64,000 nucleotides of DNA from Klebsormidium nitens (GCA_000708835.1 DF237225.1:50784-114783); one strand, 5' to 3'; numbered from the stretch's first letter, positions 22,301-35,320 are shown. Made by a program: numbers and translations. Notes: generated by a model from the letters alone, not told the origin.

Positions 22301-25300
22301 ACTGACAGACCGTTCCACTCAGGAAAGTGCCAAAGCTGATCTTAGCAAAGGGCGTTCGATTCCAAAACCCACAGGTAAAAAGTCATACCGAAAGCGACCC
22401 TATGACGGAAAACTGTCAAGCAGAGGCCGCGAAGGGGATTATCGAGCGTCTGAAGGGGACAATCAAGCGACTACGAGCTCAAGAATCGTTTCTGAAGAAC
22501 GCTAACGGGGCGACATCCGCCACTCACAGACTGCGATGATGGTGTTGGTGTATGCCGTCGGGCCTCCCAGCTTGGAATCGTCGGTGGGGGTCAGCAGGCC
22601 GAGCGCGGCGCCCGTGATGAGGAGGATGACGTAATCCTGGAAGAGCACGCGCATGCTGCGGAACTGCTGCTTGCACAACCTGGAGAGCGGGTTGGGAGCT
22701 GGTTAGGATGTGGGTGAAGAAGTTCGCACGGTTTATAGAGGCAGTCTGCGCCGCGCAAAGAGTGGCTTCACATTCCTACTGTGCTCATGGAAGCAGTTAG
22801 GAAGAAACCGTCGAAATGTAAGACTTGAGAATTTCAGTGAAAGTCGCTTGCAACACATGCAGGGCACGATCACCGAGTTCGATAGCATTGCACTAGCACG
22901 AGCAGCTGAGCAGACTGGCTGAGGTGATCCTATCGGGGTGCCTTTGAGAAAGTAGGTGAGATCTCGCAGATCAGTGCGGATTTACGAAATGGACTGTGAC
23001 AGATTGAGCAAAGCGGCAAAAACAACTTCCAGGCAAACTGGTCAAAGTCCGATATGGGTCCACAAGGTTCTATCAATGGGATGCCTTGACGGTAAAGGGG
23101 CATTAAGTTTCTAGGACTACCTTCTGCGTCGGCAACGCGTGACAAACTTTCGAACCAGCTGGTCTACAGTTGGCAGAGGAGCCGGACGAGACACGCAAGA
23201 GCGCTTTAAAAACTTTGAAAACACCTCTTTCAATCGTCACACACGTACCATGGAGCAAGATCAGCCAAGCGCAAAACTCGGAAAAGCGGACAATACGCAC
23301 CTGGGGAGAGGTGATCAAGAACTGGCGGCCGAAACGAAACGAAGTGCTAGGAGCGCCAGCAAAGCCTGTATCGGCTGCGACAGGTCCTATCCCAAATGAT
23401 ACACATAGTCCTTGGACCAATAAAGATTCAAAAGCGATGGAACTCCGCGAAAGCGGACAAGTACGCACCTGGAGTACATGGTGAAGAACTGGCGCCCGAA
23501 GCCGGGGGTGACGCGGCCGGAGCGGTTCTCCTGTTTGCGGAAGATGTCGGCGAAGTCTTCGAAGTTCTGCCTCCACTTGGCCGACATGTCCTGGATCATC
23601 TTGTTGCCGAAGCTCTCCGCCGCAACGATCGGGTTCTGCAGCGGGAAACAGGGGCGCGTGTCAAGACTGCATCCATCTGCTGTGTTTCGTAATCCTGCGT
23701 CGTAAGTGTTCCAGGAGTGGAAACGCACTCGATTTGGTCTGACCGTTTCACTCTCGAAGGTCTCCGGTTGGAAGCAACTCAATACAGAAGAGAAAGACAA
23801 GGCCAGAAACTGCGAGTGCTAATGTCTCCCTCGGCTGGATGGCCTCCTGATGCATGTTGACACGTCCATTTCCTTCTGTTGCTTGAAAACTGCGGGGTCT
23901 TTGTGGTGTCTTTGATTTATATCTCTCATGGACCATTCCGCTCATGAAGCAGGTATTGGCAGGTCAAAAACGTGGAAACACAAAGGAAAACCGGGTTGGA
24001 AAGCAGCAGAACTTGGCGGGGAAATGTGATGAAAGAGAAGAGAAACCTGCATTGACATGGTCGAAGCGGCGCAGCATCTTGTTGGCCTTGCCACTGCCAG
24101 GGTGCCAGGATGGACACGTCTCTGACGGGAATTCTCACTTGGCCCAAGCGCAATGAAAATTGCGGCGAACCTAGCGGGAAAGGACGGAAACGGAAAAGAA
24201 AAGAAAAAAAACAGAATAAGAGCTGGGTAATAAGTCAGCGGAAACAGCGCACCATCTTGATGTGCTTGCCGGTGCCGGGGTGCAAAATGAATGCGTCATC
24301 CCTGATCGGGATCTCCACCTGGCCGAGGCCCGACTCGGAGCGCCCGGGGCGGCTCTGCGTCTCGAGCCACAGCTCGGGCAGCCGCTTGATATCGAAGTTC
24401 TCCAGAGTGGACGGGACCTCGCCCGCGAGGACGTCCATGTAGTGGTCCGGGGGGTTCACTCTGTCCGGGATCTATGCGAGAGAATTGAACAGATCAGTAT
24501 CAAGAAAGACCTCTATTAATTTGGGTCGTTCTTTCTAGTTGCGGGTCTGAAATGAGTGCAATTTGAAACGAAGAATCGTCAGAATGAGGGGAACCCCGCC
24601 CACGAGCGCATCCATGTAGTGGTCAGCGGGGTTTACTCTGTCCGGGATTTGCACGAATCGATGCATTCGGGTTCTTAAGAAAAAAGTTATCAGGTATCAA
24701 CTTCAAGGCGAGCTTAGGTTATTGGCGGTCTGGAAATAGTGCAGGAAACCGTCAACATGGACAGTACCCTGCCAAGCAAGACCGTTCACGCAACGGTGTG
24801 TCTTGAAAGAGGTGTGGCTAAAACTCAAAACCATCAAGTCACCAGATGAGCAATAAATAAAACCGCATATTAACTTGAAGCTCTTACAATAAAGAATATT
24901 AGGAGGGGCTTGGACTTCATAACAGTCTGGTGCACAGCCAGACTGTTATGGCAGTGGAAGACAAATCAAGACCAACGACCTGCCCAGTGCTTATGAAACG
25001 CGCATAGCTTATGGGCTGCTCACCGCGAAGCCCAGCGATGCGAAGTACTCCTCGGCCTGTCGGACAGGGCCCAGGTACACCACCTTCCCGCCCGGCATGA
25101 GGAACATGACGTCATGGAACATGTGGAAGAGTTTGTACGACGGCTGCGGAGACAAGCGGACATGACGTCAGCTCGCTTGAAGTGGGGGACGAGTCAGTTG
25201 CAAGGTAGGAAAGGGGTCGATAGGTCACTGGAAACCCGCCCAGTCGGAGGTGATGCAGCACTTGGGTAACGCACTGTACTTGTCAAGCTGTGCACTGCCG

Positions 25301-28300
25301 TGGGACATGATGTGTATGTGGAAAAGCATTGCGTGCTAGAAGAAAGCTGACAAGTCCCTGGATGTTGCAATGGGTCAGAGGCAACAGAAACTCAAGTTGC
25401 CAGGGAACGAGGAAACAAGGGACTAAGGAAAGTCTTTCGGCAATGCTTGCCTCCCTTATTGACATGACATGTTCCTAAAGCGGTAAGGCATCTTTATTCG
25501 TGATCCTTTTGGCCAAGATCCTTACCGGGTTGACCGCGTTGACCGAGATCGAAACTTGAGCGAGTAACCCCCTACTAACCCCAGCAAATTTCTGCTTCGA
25601 AAGCGAGAACCCTTGACCCCATAATAAACCCTCCATCGCAAAACTTCCAAGGGGGAGGACATTCTAGTTTGGGAGCGGTGAGTTACCTGATGGAGCACGA
25701 CGCCGATGTTGACACCGCGCAGCGCCTCCTGCCTTAGAGCCTGCGCACAAACTCATGTGGATGAGCAAGATCCGACGGCTGTGGACACAGTCTCTCTATT
25801 CAGCATCATCATCGAGCGAGAAGTTTGCACCGCGGCTCGCATCCGCAGATGCACCTCCGGTGTTCTTTTCAAAGTTCCAACCATACCACGAGATCCGAGA
25901 GATGCAAGCGATTAAAGCGAGTTTGCTCAAGACTGTTCCTTGCAACCACGGAACAAGAAAGTGGCTCCTCGAGCCACGCGGACACCATAAGTGCTTTCTA
26001 GTGCAATGGAGGACAGCTCTTAGCCTCACCTGCAGCACTTTGAAGGAGGACGTGGAATCCAGCCCGCTCGTCGGCTCATCCAGGATCTGCAATGAAAACC
26101 GTGGTTAAGTTCAGAAGCACCAGCCGGGCGCTTCACTTTTTCGCCGGCAAGTCACTAGCACTACAATGAGTTAGAGAGGACGATGCTGCGGAAACGGCAA
26201 CACAGATATGCTGAACACCGTTCTTCATAAAGGCTCCGAGCCTAATCCTCCCAACACAAGGCCGGGACTAGAACATCAGAGGCTCCCTGATGCTTTTGAA
26301 AAGTTGGCAGACAAAAGACAGTCGCGAAGTGATGTAAAGCGCCAAGAAAGGAGCAAACGTCGTCCTCTACAGACAGTCCAGTGGGAAGACAAGTGCAGAT
26401 GCTCTTACCAGCAGGCTGGGGTCAATGACCATCTCCAAGCCGACGTTGACTCGCTTTCGCTGCCCGCCGGAGATCCCGCGCTGCTCCACGGTCCCAACAC
26501 GCGAGTGGCGGATATGGTCGATGCCCAGCGAGATCAGGGTGCGCTCCACAATGAGCACTTTGTTGCGCTTGCTCATGCCACGTGGCAGCCTGCAAGAGGA
26601 CAACACAACTGAGTTGTCGTACGTTTCGTTATCAGTGTCTTGGTTGAACGGTCGGAGATTCGGCATGTGGGGTTGTGGGAGTTTTCCATGAGAACACTGG
26701 TCCCTCCGGTAAACGGGAAGAATGTCACTGGTGACCGATTGCAGTGGTTATGGTGCAACAGACACCGAGGAGCCCTTTCGAAGGATATAGCGATAACGCA
26801 CCAGGATAGATAAGCGCCTTACACCGTCGTCAGAACATATCACAACGAGAAACAGCTACGAGATCCTGCTCAGCAGCCTGTAAGCTTGGAGAAACATCGA
26901 GTATAGCTCGACTAGTATTACTGAACACCATGCTGGTTGGGCCGAGCAATAAACCCAAAGCCAGCGCAACCCCCCTTCTTCGCAGTTGGCACTGAACAAC
27001 AGGTTCTCACCCACAACCAGGTTTCGAAGAAACCCCGCGCTGAGATCGACGATTGAATCTAGCTCCCCAATCAGTCACGCCTCACCCATCTTAGGTAACG
27101 CGAGCGCCCCCACCTGTAGTTGGCGCTGAACCACAGGTTCTCCTCCACGGTCAAGTTTCCATGCACGATGTCGTCCTGTGGCACAAAGCCGATGATGCGC
27201 TTGTATGCCTGGATGTTCCCCGCCTGCCCGTTGATCAGCACCTCGCCCGTCATGTTGCAGTACGTCTCCTTGCCGGCCACTGCAGTGAGGAACATGGACT
27301 TGCCCGCACCAGACGGCCCCTGCATAGATGATCAGCCAAGTAGGCGATTTTGGCTTAGCTCTTGGGATCAAGAGCTGCTTTTTAGTGTTTCAAAGTGTGA
27401 ATTATCGTGTCTTATTTGCAGTTGCCAATGAATGGGCTATGAAAGAGTCTTTAGCGCCTGAATCGTTTGTGTCTTTGTAATATGCATGTCGACGCTCTTT
27501 CCGCAATTAGTTTCTTATTGTTTGTAGGCGCTGTTGGGAAATCAGCCCAAATAGGGCTTCATACTTGGTTGCCAGATGCTATGGAGGGGCCCACTCCTGT
27601 TTCTGCACTCATTCATGCTGTCACAATGGGACCGCAGGTGTATTCTTATTTGCTCGCTGTTCCCCCTTATTCGAATACGCGCCAAATGCTTTGGTTCGCT
27701 CGGATGGCTCGTTTCGGGAGAAGTTTGCTCGTGACCATCGAGTGCCCTTGGGTTGCATCAAAGAATGTTGACGTTGTCCGCTCAGCACCAGGTCTCTCTC
27801 ATCAAATGACCCTGCCCTTGCGAAGTTCCTTGGCTTTTGAGAGCCCTCTTATTTCAGAAAGAACGCTTGATGCACAACAGGTATGTTCCTTGCAGTTGAT
27901 CGCTGCTCAAGAACCCTGAAACCCCCCAACAAAACACGTTCCATAGAACTCTGAACCCTGACTACGACTGCTGAGATGTATCTGGAGCTTCGCAATCCCG
28001 CTGACAGTCGCCTCATACCGCGATCTCCCAAGCCTCCAGAGAGGCCAAACCCAAGGCACTGGAATCAACGGCGTGGGAGTCCTCACCATGACCGCTGTGA
28101 CGCGGCCGGGCTTGAGGATGCCGCTGATGTTGTCGAGCAGCTTGCGGCCGTTGCTCTTGAGAAACAGATTCACCTCGCGGAACTCCAACTCCAGCTGTAT
28201 GCGGATCTTGCGCCCGGCCATCGGGCCCTGCATGACGACAGACAGTTTTGATGAGCGGACAGAATCCACAAAAGCACGCATCTCAGTTTCATCCACGTAT

Positions 28301-31300
28301 CTGCATTTCGCACTCTCTAATGAAAAAGCAGTGTCATGTCCAGTCCTGTCTGATTGCGGACTTGTAATAGTGCCCGACCGTGTTGCTCCGGAGGGGGCGA
28401 AAAAACGACTTCGATGACTCGAGGACCAAGAGATCGAGTCCTCCATGTACTCTGAGAGTGCAGGTAAGACGACGTCAGTGACTCGAGGGGTGCTCAAAGA
28501 ACGCCCTCTCCGCAAGACGACGTCATCCTGGTACTCATTTCCTGTTTCATTGACTCCAATGATTACGGCCTGGGCTGAGGTCCGACTCATTGCCTCACCT
28601 CCTTGTTCAGGATGGTGTCAAAAAGCGACTCGTCGGGAGAGCGCGCCTTGTTTTGCCGCGCGAGCTCCTCGTACACGTCCTCGTAGTCCACCTTCTTGTT
28701 GCGCTTCGTCATCTCAACCGCGGGCGCGGGGGCGGCACCGTAAAGGTCGCCACCCGCTGGGGCTCCGTACAGGTCACCCGCAGCTGCAAAACGATTGGGG
28801 GCTCCGTCAGGTTCAAAACATAGTTCAAAAAAAGAAGCAGTTTTGAAGTGATGTAGAACCAACTTGGGAGTGAAGACAACACCAATTTGGGAGTGAGAAT
28901 AGCACCAATTTTAGCCAAGTTGGAAGTGGAAGAGAGAACCAAGTTGGGAGTGAGAACAGAACCAAGTTGAACCAAGCTGGAAGTGGAGACAGAACAGAGC
29001 TAGGAGTACAGACAGGACCAAGGGTTGCGTACAAAGAACCAGAAGGTGTGAGGGGACATGAAAGCAAGCTGCGAATGGAAACAGCATGTTTGGTTGATTG
29101 AAATCCATCAAGAGCTTGTGAAGGCATTGTGCAACTGAGTTCCTTGCGGCGTTGAAGAAAGTGCTATACAGATGATCGCGTCTGGCCTCAGGATCCATGG
29201 TCTTCCCAATCTGCTCCACGGAAAAACAGACTGCTGGTGACTGGAAGATTATGCAACTTACAGCCAGCCAGATTCAACGCAAGACATTTGTGCCTGCAGC
29301 AAAACCAATGCCGAGAAGCAAAGCATGTGACGCAAGAATGTCAGAGAAAGTGCCCAAGTTGTCAGGCTCACGAGAGGAGGCCTCTACAGGGACGCCGTAC
29401 AGATCGCCGCCGGCACCCGCCATTGGCGGTGCGCCGTATAGATCACTGCCGTTGCCATAAAGGTCGTTGGAGGGCCGCGCGGGGGGATAACCATCTGCTC
29501 AAGAGGACAAGGAACTTACTAGGCGAACGGTGATAACCAAAGTATTCTGGGATAGGCTTGCAAGTGGACAAGAGACACAGCGCTGTTTAGGCATACCGTC
29601 TGTACGAAGGAAAGAGCATCACCCTAGATGGAGGAATCACGGTTGAATGCAGTTTTGACTGCACAAACGACTCTAAAAGCAGGTCACCAGGTTGAGGAGG
29701 CACAAGAAGTAGCTCCTGTTGCTTCCAACCTTTTCAACAGCTGATAACCACCCTTAGTCGAGGCCAACACAACGCTTTACTTGGTTGCAGGAAACACACA
29801 TGAAACCGCACAAACCCATAACAGTACCTGAAGAACAAAAGCGCCCGATCTTTCTTGCTAATGCACACAGCACACTCAGAGCGGGACTACAGTGAAAGGC
29901 GCTTGCTGATACGGGGCTTAACTTAACTGATGTTTTCCGCATCATTCTGCACCACAGTCCACAAATCCTTGACACTTACAGCTGGACCCGGTCCGGCTTC
30001 CCGCTGTGGTTGGCCTGGTAATCCCTAGCTCCTTCTTCTTTTTGCGGTATGCATCGATGAATATGCGTCCCGCACGTTGCCACCGCTCACGAGCAAGCTG
30101 GCGTGCGCGAGCGTGCTGCTCAGAGCGCATGCGGCGCTTCTCGACTTGCTCGAGGCGCCAGTTGGTGATGTAATCAACAAGGTAGTACGTGATTGCAAGC
30201 ACGATCAGTAGGAACACCTTCAGAGGGGCGACAGGGGTTGGTTGGCTGGAAGGACGGGTCACATTCTAAGCACAGGATTTTTCACAAATAGGTGTCTTGT
30301 AGCGCTTCTGAGAAGCCAGGCTAACGTGTCTGCTGTAATCTACTCATGCGCAAGCAAGCACTACGAATCAAACCAGGAAAAATCTGCCAAGAATTGTAAT
30401 GGCTCTGAGGGTCTGGCCCAGGAGTTGGACGCTGATCGGGAACATTGCAAACTCTACAGACACGGCAAAGAGAGGGTTCTCCCCTATCAGGAAGGCTGTT
30501 GGTAGAGGCGGGATACCACCAATAGCGGACGTAAGGCCATGAGATGTGACAATGCTCACGAGAGGCCCAAAGTATGCAACTACCCAAGCCGCGATCTGAA
30601 ATGCTTGCAGTCGTCATGCACAACCAATTGCCAGGGGCCTCAGGAGACATGCTCAAACACTGCGCAGGAACAAGACACTGACCAGGACTGCATCCAGACC
30701 TACGCAAGGAAAGAGAAGGTAGCCGGTGAGTCAACAGCGCCATATCAACCTCATTGGTTTAAATCGACAGCTCGCAGAGGCCATGATTGTGCTGCCAAGC
30801 GGCCAGGGGGCGCCGCAGCGCAAGCAGCCAGGCAAATTCCGGTATCCTTACCACAAAGCCGATGCCGGCCCCCTTGAGATCCTGCTGGAATTCCCCGGCC
30901 GGGCACGACGCGAGCCCCGAGCACTTCTTTGCAACCGTGGTCCCCTTGCGGCAGTAGTAGCCGGCGGGGCACTGAATGCTCGACGTCACGTTGAACTGGC
31001 CTGACGCGAAAGGGCAGTACGCGCCAGCGTCGCAGAAGATGCCGTCTCCTCGGTTTGATCCTGAGGCGGCGTTCCATGTTGAAGCTCCCCCACAACCGAT
31101 GAAATTGACCTGGTTTGGTGGGTCTCCTATTACCCACGGGATGGCCTGATAGGGGTAAGGGACGCAGAAGGGCCTCCCACGGGACGAACCGTCGGGGGGT
31201 GGATTCTGGGCCTTAGGGCAGAAAGCGCCCTTGGGGCAGGCTGAAAAACAAAAGAAAAGGGTTTGGGTTAGGGAGGTCAGGGGTGGTATTGTACTAACGA

Positions 31301-33078
31301 CTGGTTAGGTTTGCGTCCATTCAACAGACTTACGGGCATGGTGCAATGCAAGGGTGACCAGAAGCGAAACGATAGGGTGAAAAAGGAGATTGTATGCATC
31401 GCAATACTCAACTTTCACTTGCTGGATAAGGGGAAAAGGTCTGTTGAGAATGTGGATAGGACTAACCCTAGCTCACTTGCTTAGAGGACTTGGTTAAGAA
31501 CCTGTATCCAGTTAATGCTGCAAGACTGGATTACACCTGAAAATAACGCAGGTCGTCCAAGCTCGTTGTGCACGACGAGACTTACACATATGAGAGCAAA
31601 GTTTTGCACCAATCATACAATCATTCCCTTGACCTCTGTCCAGAGCAATATAGGATGCAATGCAGGAGAGAAGTGGCAATTGCGAGGCGAAGAGTGGCCC
31701 TCGACACTTACGGATCATGCACGCCAGGTTCTCAGGGCAGAAGAAGCCGTCACAGCAAGCATAGGCGTCAAGGCCTGAGGAGTCGGAGACTGCAAGAGCG
31801 TCTACTCTAACCGGCTCCCCCTCATCATCAATCTGGAACCTGGTGTTTTCTGTCCAGGACGCATAACCAGGCGAGCACCCGGCCAGGTAATTTTCTGGAT
31901 CGTTGGGGTCGCAATTCGCGCTGGTTGCAACCTTCCCATCAACGTTGCTGAAGTAGATAGCAAGCTCCGCTTTTGTGCACAGCCTGCCTGCTGTTTTGCT
32001 GGCGGTGGTAGGAGGATTTATAAGAGGCGGACCGTCTAAACGGTTAATCACGGTGTTCTTGTAGCGCGTGGCGCGGCAAACTCTGGGGCTGGGGTCCGTA
32101 GCGTCGAAGCCAAAGGTGTCTTGCTCGTCTTTTTGGCTGCAAACACGAAAGAGGTGGATGGTTTGTTGCTCGTCCAAGATATGCTCGTTCTGTACATCAG
32201 TGGTTGCAGTGTACCATCATGCGTCCTTAGTAGAGAGACGCAATGTGCTGTAGAAGGCACTCCATTGCAAACAGATTATGTCAACCAAGTGCTTCCTGAG
32301 TAGCAAGCAGAATAGCTGGTAAAAAGAGTCACAGCAAATATCAGGTCACAGATAAGAAGCCAAAGCAAGAGCTGGTAAAACAATCCAAGCACGTATGAGG
32401 TCACAAATGAGGAGAGGAGCCAAAGCAATGGAACTGGTAAGAAGAAAACACTCCTCAAAAAACTAGCCTGCTATACAAAGAGGCAAGCAAACCTTTCGCC
32501 TGTCCTCAAGCACTGGCACTGCCGAGAGCAACCACTGCCGAGAGCAACCTGCTTTTCAAGCTTGCATCTTGAACACCTATCATTGAAGTTACGCAGTCAA
32601 GGCGAAACTCCATTTCCCTGACCTGACATTCATTCATAAATTGGAGCCCTCTATCCTTGGCGACGAGCAAAACTCAGACCCAACAGCACTCCGAGAGTGA
32701 TTTGGGAGAATCCTGTCATGATTATCCTTGGAGCAAACCTACAAACCCAATATGAAGTCTGAACGGAAGGAAATGATTGCCTCGTAGTGTGGAAATGTGG
32801 AATGAATTTCGAAATGCAACAGCATTTGCAAACTTACCCATTGGCGACGCAATACGGGAAGAGCTTCTTGAGCTGGTCGCCCAGTTGCTTCCCATAGAGG
32901 TCAGAAAGGCTGGGAGCATTGTTTTGTGAGGTCTGCGCGGACGCCACATCAGTTGCAACGAGCAACAAAGAAAGACAGAGCACCCAGCTCCACGCTCCAA
33001 CGTGCGACGCCATGTCTTCTGCAACTCAAGAAACTCACAACTCCTGCAGGGCCGCTACGCCCAGGACACCATAAATAC
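19302..33078 (-). CDS. Half-size ABCG transporter of the ABCG24/ABCG28 (WBC/NAP12) type with a large Cys-rich N-terminal ectodomain; ~20 exons; 5' end not found
   Basis: Ectodomain motifs [24 protein letters not shown] and [10 protein letters not shown]. Walker A GPSGAGKS (exon 27319-27114), signature ISGGQRKR, Walker [10 protein letters not shown]-loop VLHQ, then [28 protein letters not shown] and C-terminal [11 protein letters not shown]. Exons include 33078-33039, ~32136-31650, 31251-30846, ~30210-29980, 29494-29372, 28783-28599, 28227-28087, ~26590-26410, ~26083-26030, ~25740-25687, ~25147-25024, ~24471-24240, ~23640-23470, ~22680-22534, 21801-21685, ~21342-21270, ~20790-20680, ~20050-19917, ~19471-19302. 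Confidence 0.93.
27340..27696 (+). pseudogene. nad5: NUMT: nuclear copy of a mitochondrial nad5 fragment within an ABCG intron
   Basis: Translates as [22 protein letters not shown]..., then after a frameshift [36 protein letters not shown], then after a second frameshift [23 protein letters not shown]-richer than its flanks. The SAQIGLHTW and VGDFGLALG motifs are nad5-type rather than plastid ndhF (SAQFPLHVW). Confidence 0.92.
28856..29025. repeat. Degenerate ~23-bp minisatellite (accaa(g/t)ttgggagtgagaacaga-like), about 6 units, in ABCG intron
   Basis: Direct inspection of the repeated accaa..ttgg(g/a)agtg units. Confidence 0.8.
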
Positions 33079-34490
33079 CTAAGCACAATCAAGTGAGCAG
33101 GCTTGGTCAGGCCTCAGAACGCCCCTTTCAACTTTAAAGGTCAAGAGTCAAATCCAAAGCTCGCTGCGCCCTGACAGTGAAGAAACGTGCGGCAAAGGTA
33201 GTCCTTTCTCCAGGACCAAGTACTACCTAGTAGTAGTACTTCCTAGCTGGACACCATGTCAAACGGTGGACTTTGCCTGGAAGGGTGCGCCTTCCTCCAG
33301 GACCACAGATTACTAGCTGGCCAGAAACTGTGATGACGTTTACGGTTTGACACTTGCGGAGGGAGTTCCTTGCCGCTTTGCTCAGTGGAAGGTGTGCCGG
33401 TATGTGCCCCAGGGATCTACCCCAGGGGAACAGGACCCTCCCCCGGGGCGTATCACCGGTAGCAGCATCCAGACCCCATGCCCTTGCCCGGTATTACGTG
33501 CCGGGCTGATACCCGAGGGCGTAATGATTATCCGGGGGGGACTTTGCCCCCTGTTCTGCGCCCCGCTCGTCATCCTTTAAATCTTTAAAGGTGCATCGTC
33601 CTCAGCTCTGGAGTCTGAGCTCGTCAATCATGAAAGTCAATCGTACGGATCCGTGGGATTCCGTGCACCTATTTTTAATGCACACATTTATTGATTCCCC
33701 TGTAAATATCAGGTGCGATCGAAAAGGGGTTTGAAATTCGAAACTTCGTGCAGATCCGCGCGAATGAAGACCCGAATTGCTTCTATTGATACACAATATT
33801 AACTGTGAATAACAGGAGCGGGTCTGCGGTCCGCCTGATAAACCAGAGTTGCTGGACGTAGGTACGTAAGTTTACTGGTCTCAACTGCGACGTCATCATG
33901 GTTAGAAGCCTACCTTAAACTAAAACCCTAAGGTCAAGCTGAGAGCAGTAACCCGGTTTCAACGAACCCTAAGGCGTTCCGCCATAGCCCGCCCGCACCC
34001 ACCCTAACCCCCCAACTAACCCCACCAAGATCAGTGGTTTGCCCTCTGGTAACCCTAACATCCCCCGACCACTCCGCCTCCCTGTAATCGAGTAACCGGT
34101 TGACTTTCGTACGGTACCAACCAGTTTTACTTCGGTACAGTACCGTCGCTGTGTAGGCTGTAGGTACCGGTGATGTCACGCTGACGTTGCAGTTGAGACT
34201 AGTAAACTTACGTACTCTGCTGGAGAGGGTTCACATTGGACTTTCGATCAACTTTCGCTTTGTTTTGAGATGTACCCAGATGACGTGTGCTGACGTTGTA
34301 GCAGCGAGTTCTGAAGTTGGGTTCACATTGGGAACACCGCTGTCGAATGCATCATCAGTTTCGGCGGAGACCACGTGTAATCACGTGGATGTACAAAATG
34401 GTACACTTGGTACACTTTGACGTCATAACTTTCGACCGAACTGCGCAAGAGTGATCTGAGCCATTCGATCGCTGAGTCGGACGTCATAAT

Positions 34491-34547
34491 CGTAAAACAT
34501 GTTTTCGAAAGGCGGTCGCCGACCGCCTTTCGAAAACATGTTTTACG
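34491..34547. repeat. Perfect 57-bp palindrome (28-bp arms, 1-nt spacer)
   Basis: cgtaaaacatgttttcgaaaggcggtcg-c-cgaccgcctttcgaaaacatgttttacg; arms checked base by base. Confidence 0.97.
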
Positions 34548-34879
34548 GAGGACATTTTAGTACGTTCTTCGATGCCGAAAGATTTTTGATGTTCGTAATT
34601 TTGACCGTTGCCAAAGCGCGTTCCGGACCATGACGTGTGCTTCCGTCATCGCAGTAACTTCGTGTTTTCGAAGAGGGATAATCTGTTCCGCAAAGTTCAA
34701 TGTGAACCCGCTCCTGGGTTCTAGCCAGGTATCGATGCAAAGACACCAATTCAGTGGTAATTCTGCCGGGCTCTCGAACTTGAAGACACGTTGACGGAAA
34801 CGGTCTGTACGTCATTGACTCTGCGGCTGTCCAATCATTGTATCACGAAATGAGTCACAAGAAGCAGTGTTTACCACGA

Positions 34880-35320
34880 ACCGACTTGCAGTGGTATTGC
34901 GACCGACCAAAATTGAAAGTGACCGACTCCAACGAGTGTGGCCGGCCGCAGGCCGGCTGGAAAGCCGACCACTATGAAGGTGGTCGGCTGCCCAAACCGG
35001 CCTTTTCCTGAGAAGTCGGTCCCAGCCGGGTAGGCCAATAGTGGTCGGTAGGCCTTTTCTCAGACTTTTGGCACTATTTGAACCTTCAGAGACCTTGACA
35101 CTAGGCCAAAGTATGGTGGTAAGGATCGAGTGACTTTTGGGCTGTAGTGTCACACTTAGAACTTGCGGATTAGTGCTCTGGCCAAGCAGGGCCTACTGTC
35201 AGTGGCAGAATTCGCGCCGGGTAACCGACCCAAGAGAGCGCACCCGGCCCACAAAAAACCGACAAAAATGAAGGTGGTCGGCCCGGGCAAACCGACCAAC
35301 GGCCTCTTCCAACCGACTGC
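34880..35320. repeat. Array of 12 CCGAC/GTCGG motifs in mixed orientation; probable DNA-transposon subterminal region
   Basis: Motif at ~34881, 34903, 34923, 34965, 34983, 35015, 35044, 35225, 35259, 35277, 35292, 35313. The longer atgaaggtggtcggc occurs twice. Confidence 0.65.

Noticed and set aside
28228-28590. 5' half of the 227-aa ORF as ABCG coding sequence
   Set aside because: A good phase-0 acceptor at 28228 and a switch to high GC3 at 28227 suggest this part is intron; a shorter intron ending at 28528 remains possible.
33920-34070. AAACCCT-like tracts as a telomere or interstitial telomeric array
   Set aside because: Degenerate and short, and similar motifs pervade introns across the window.
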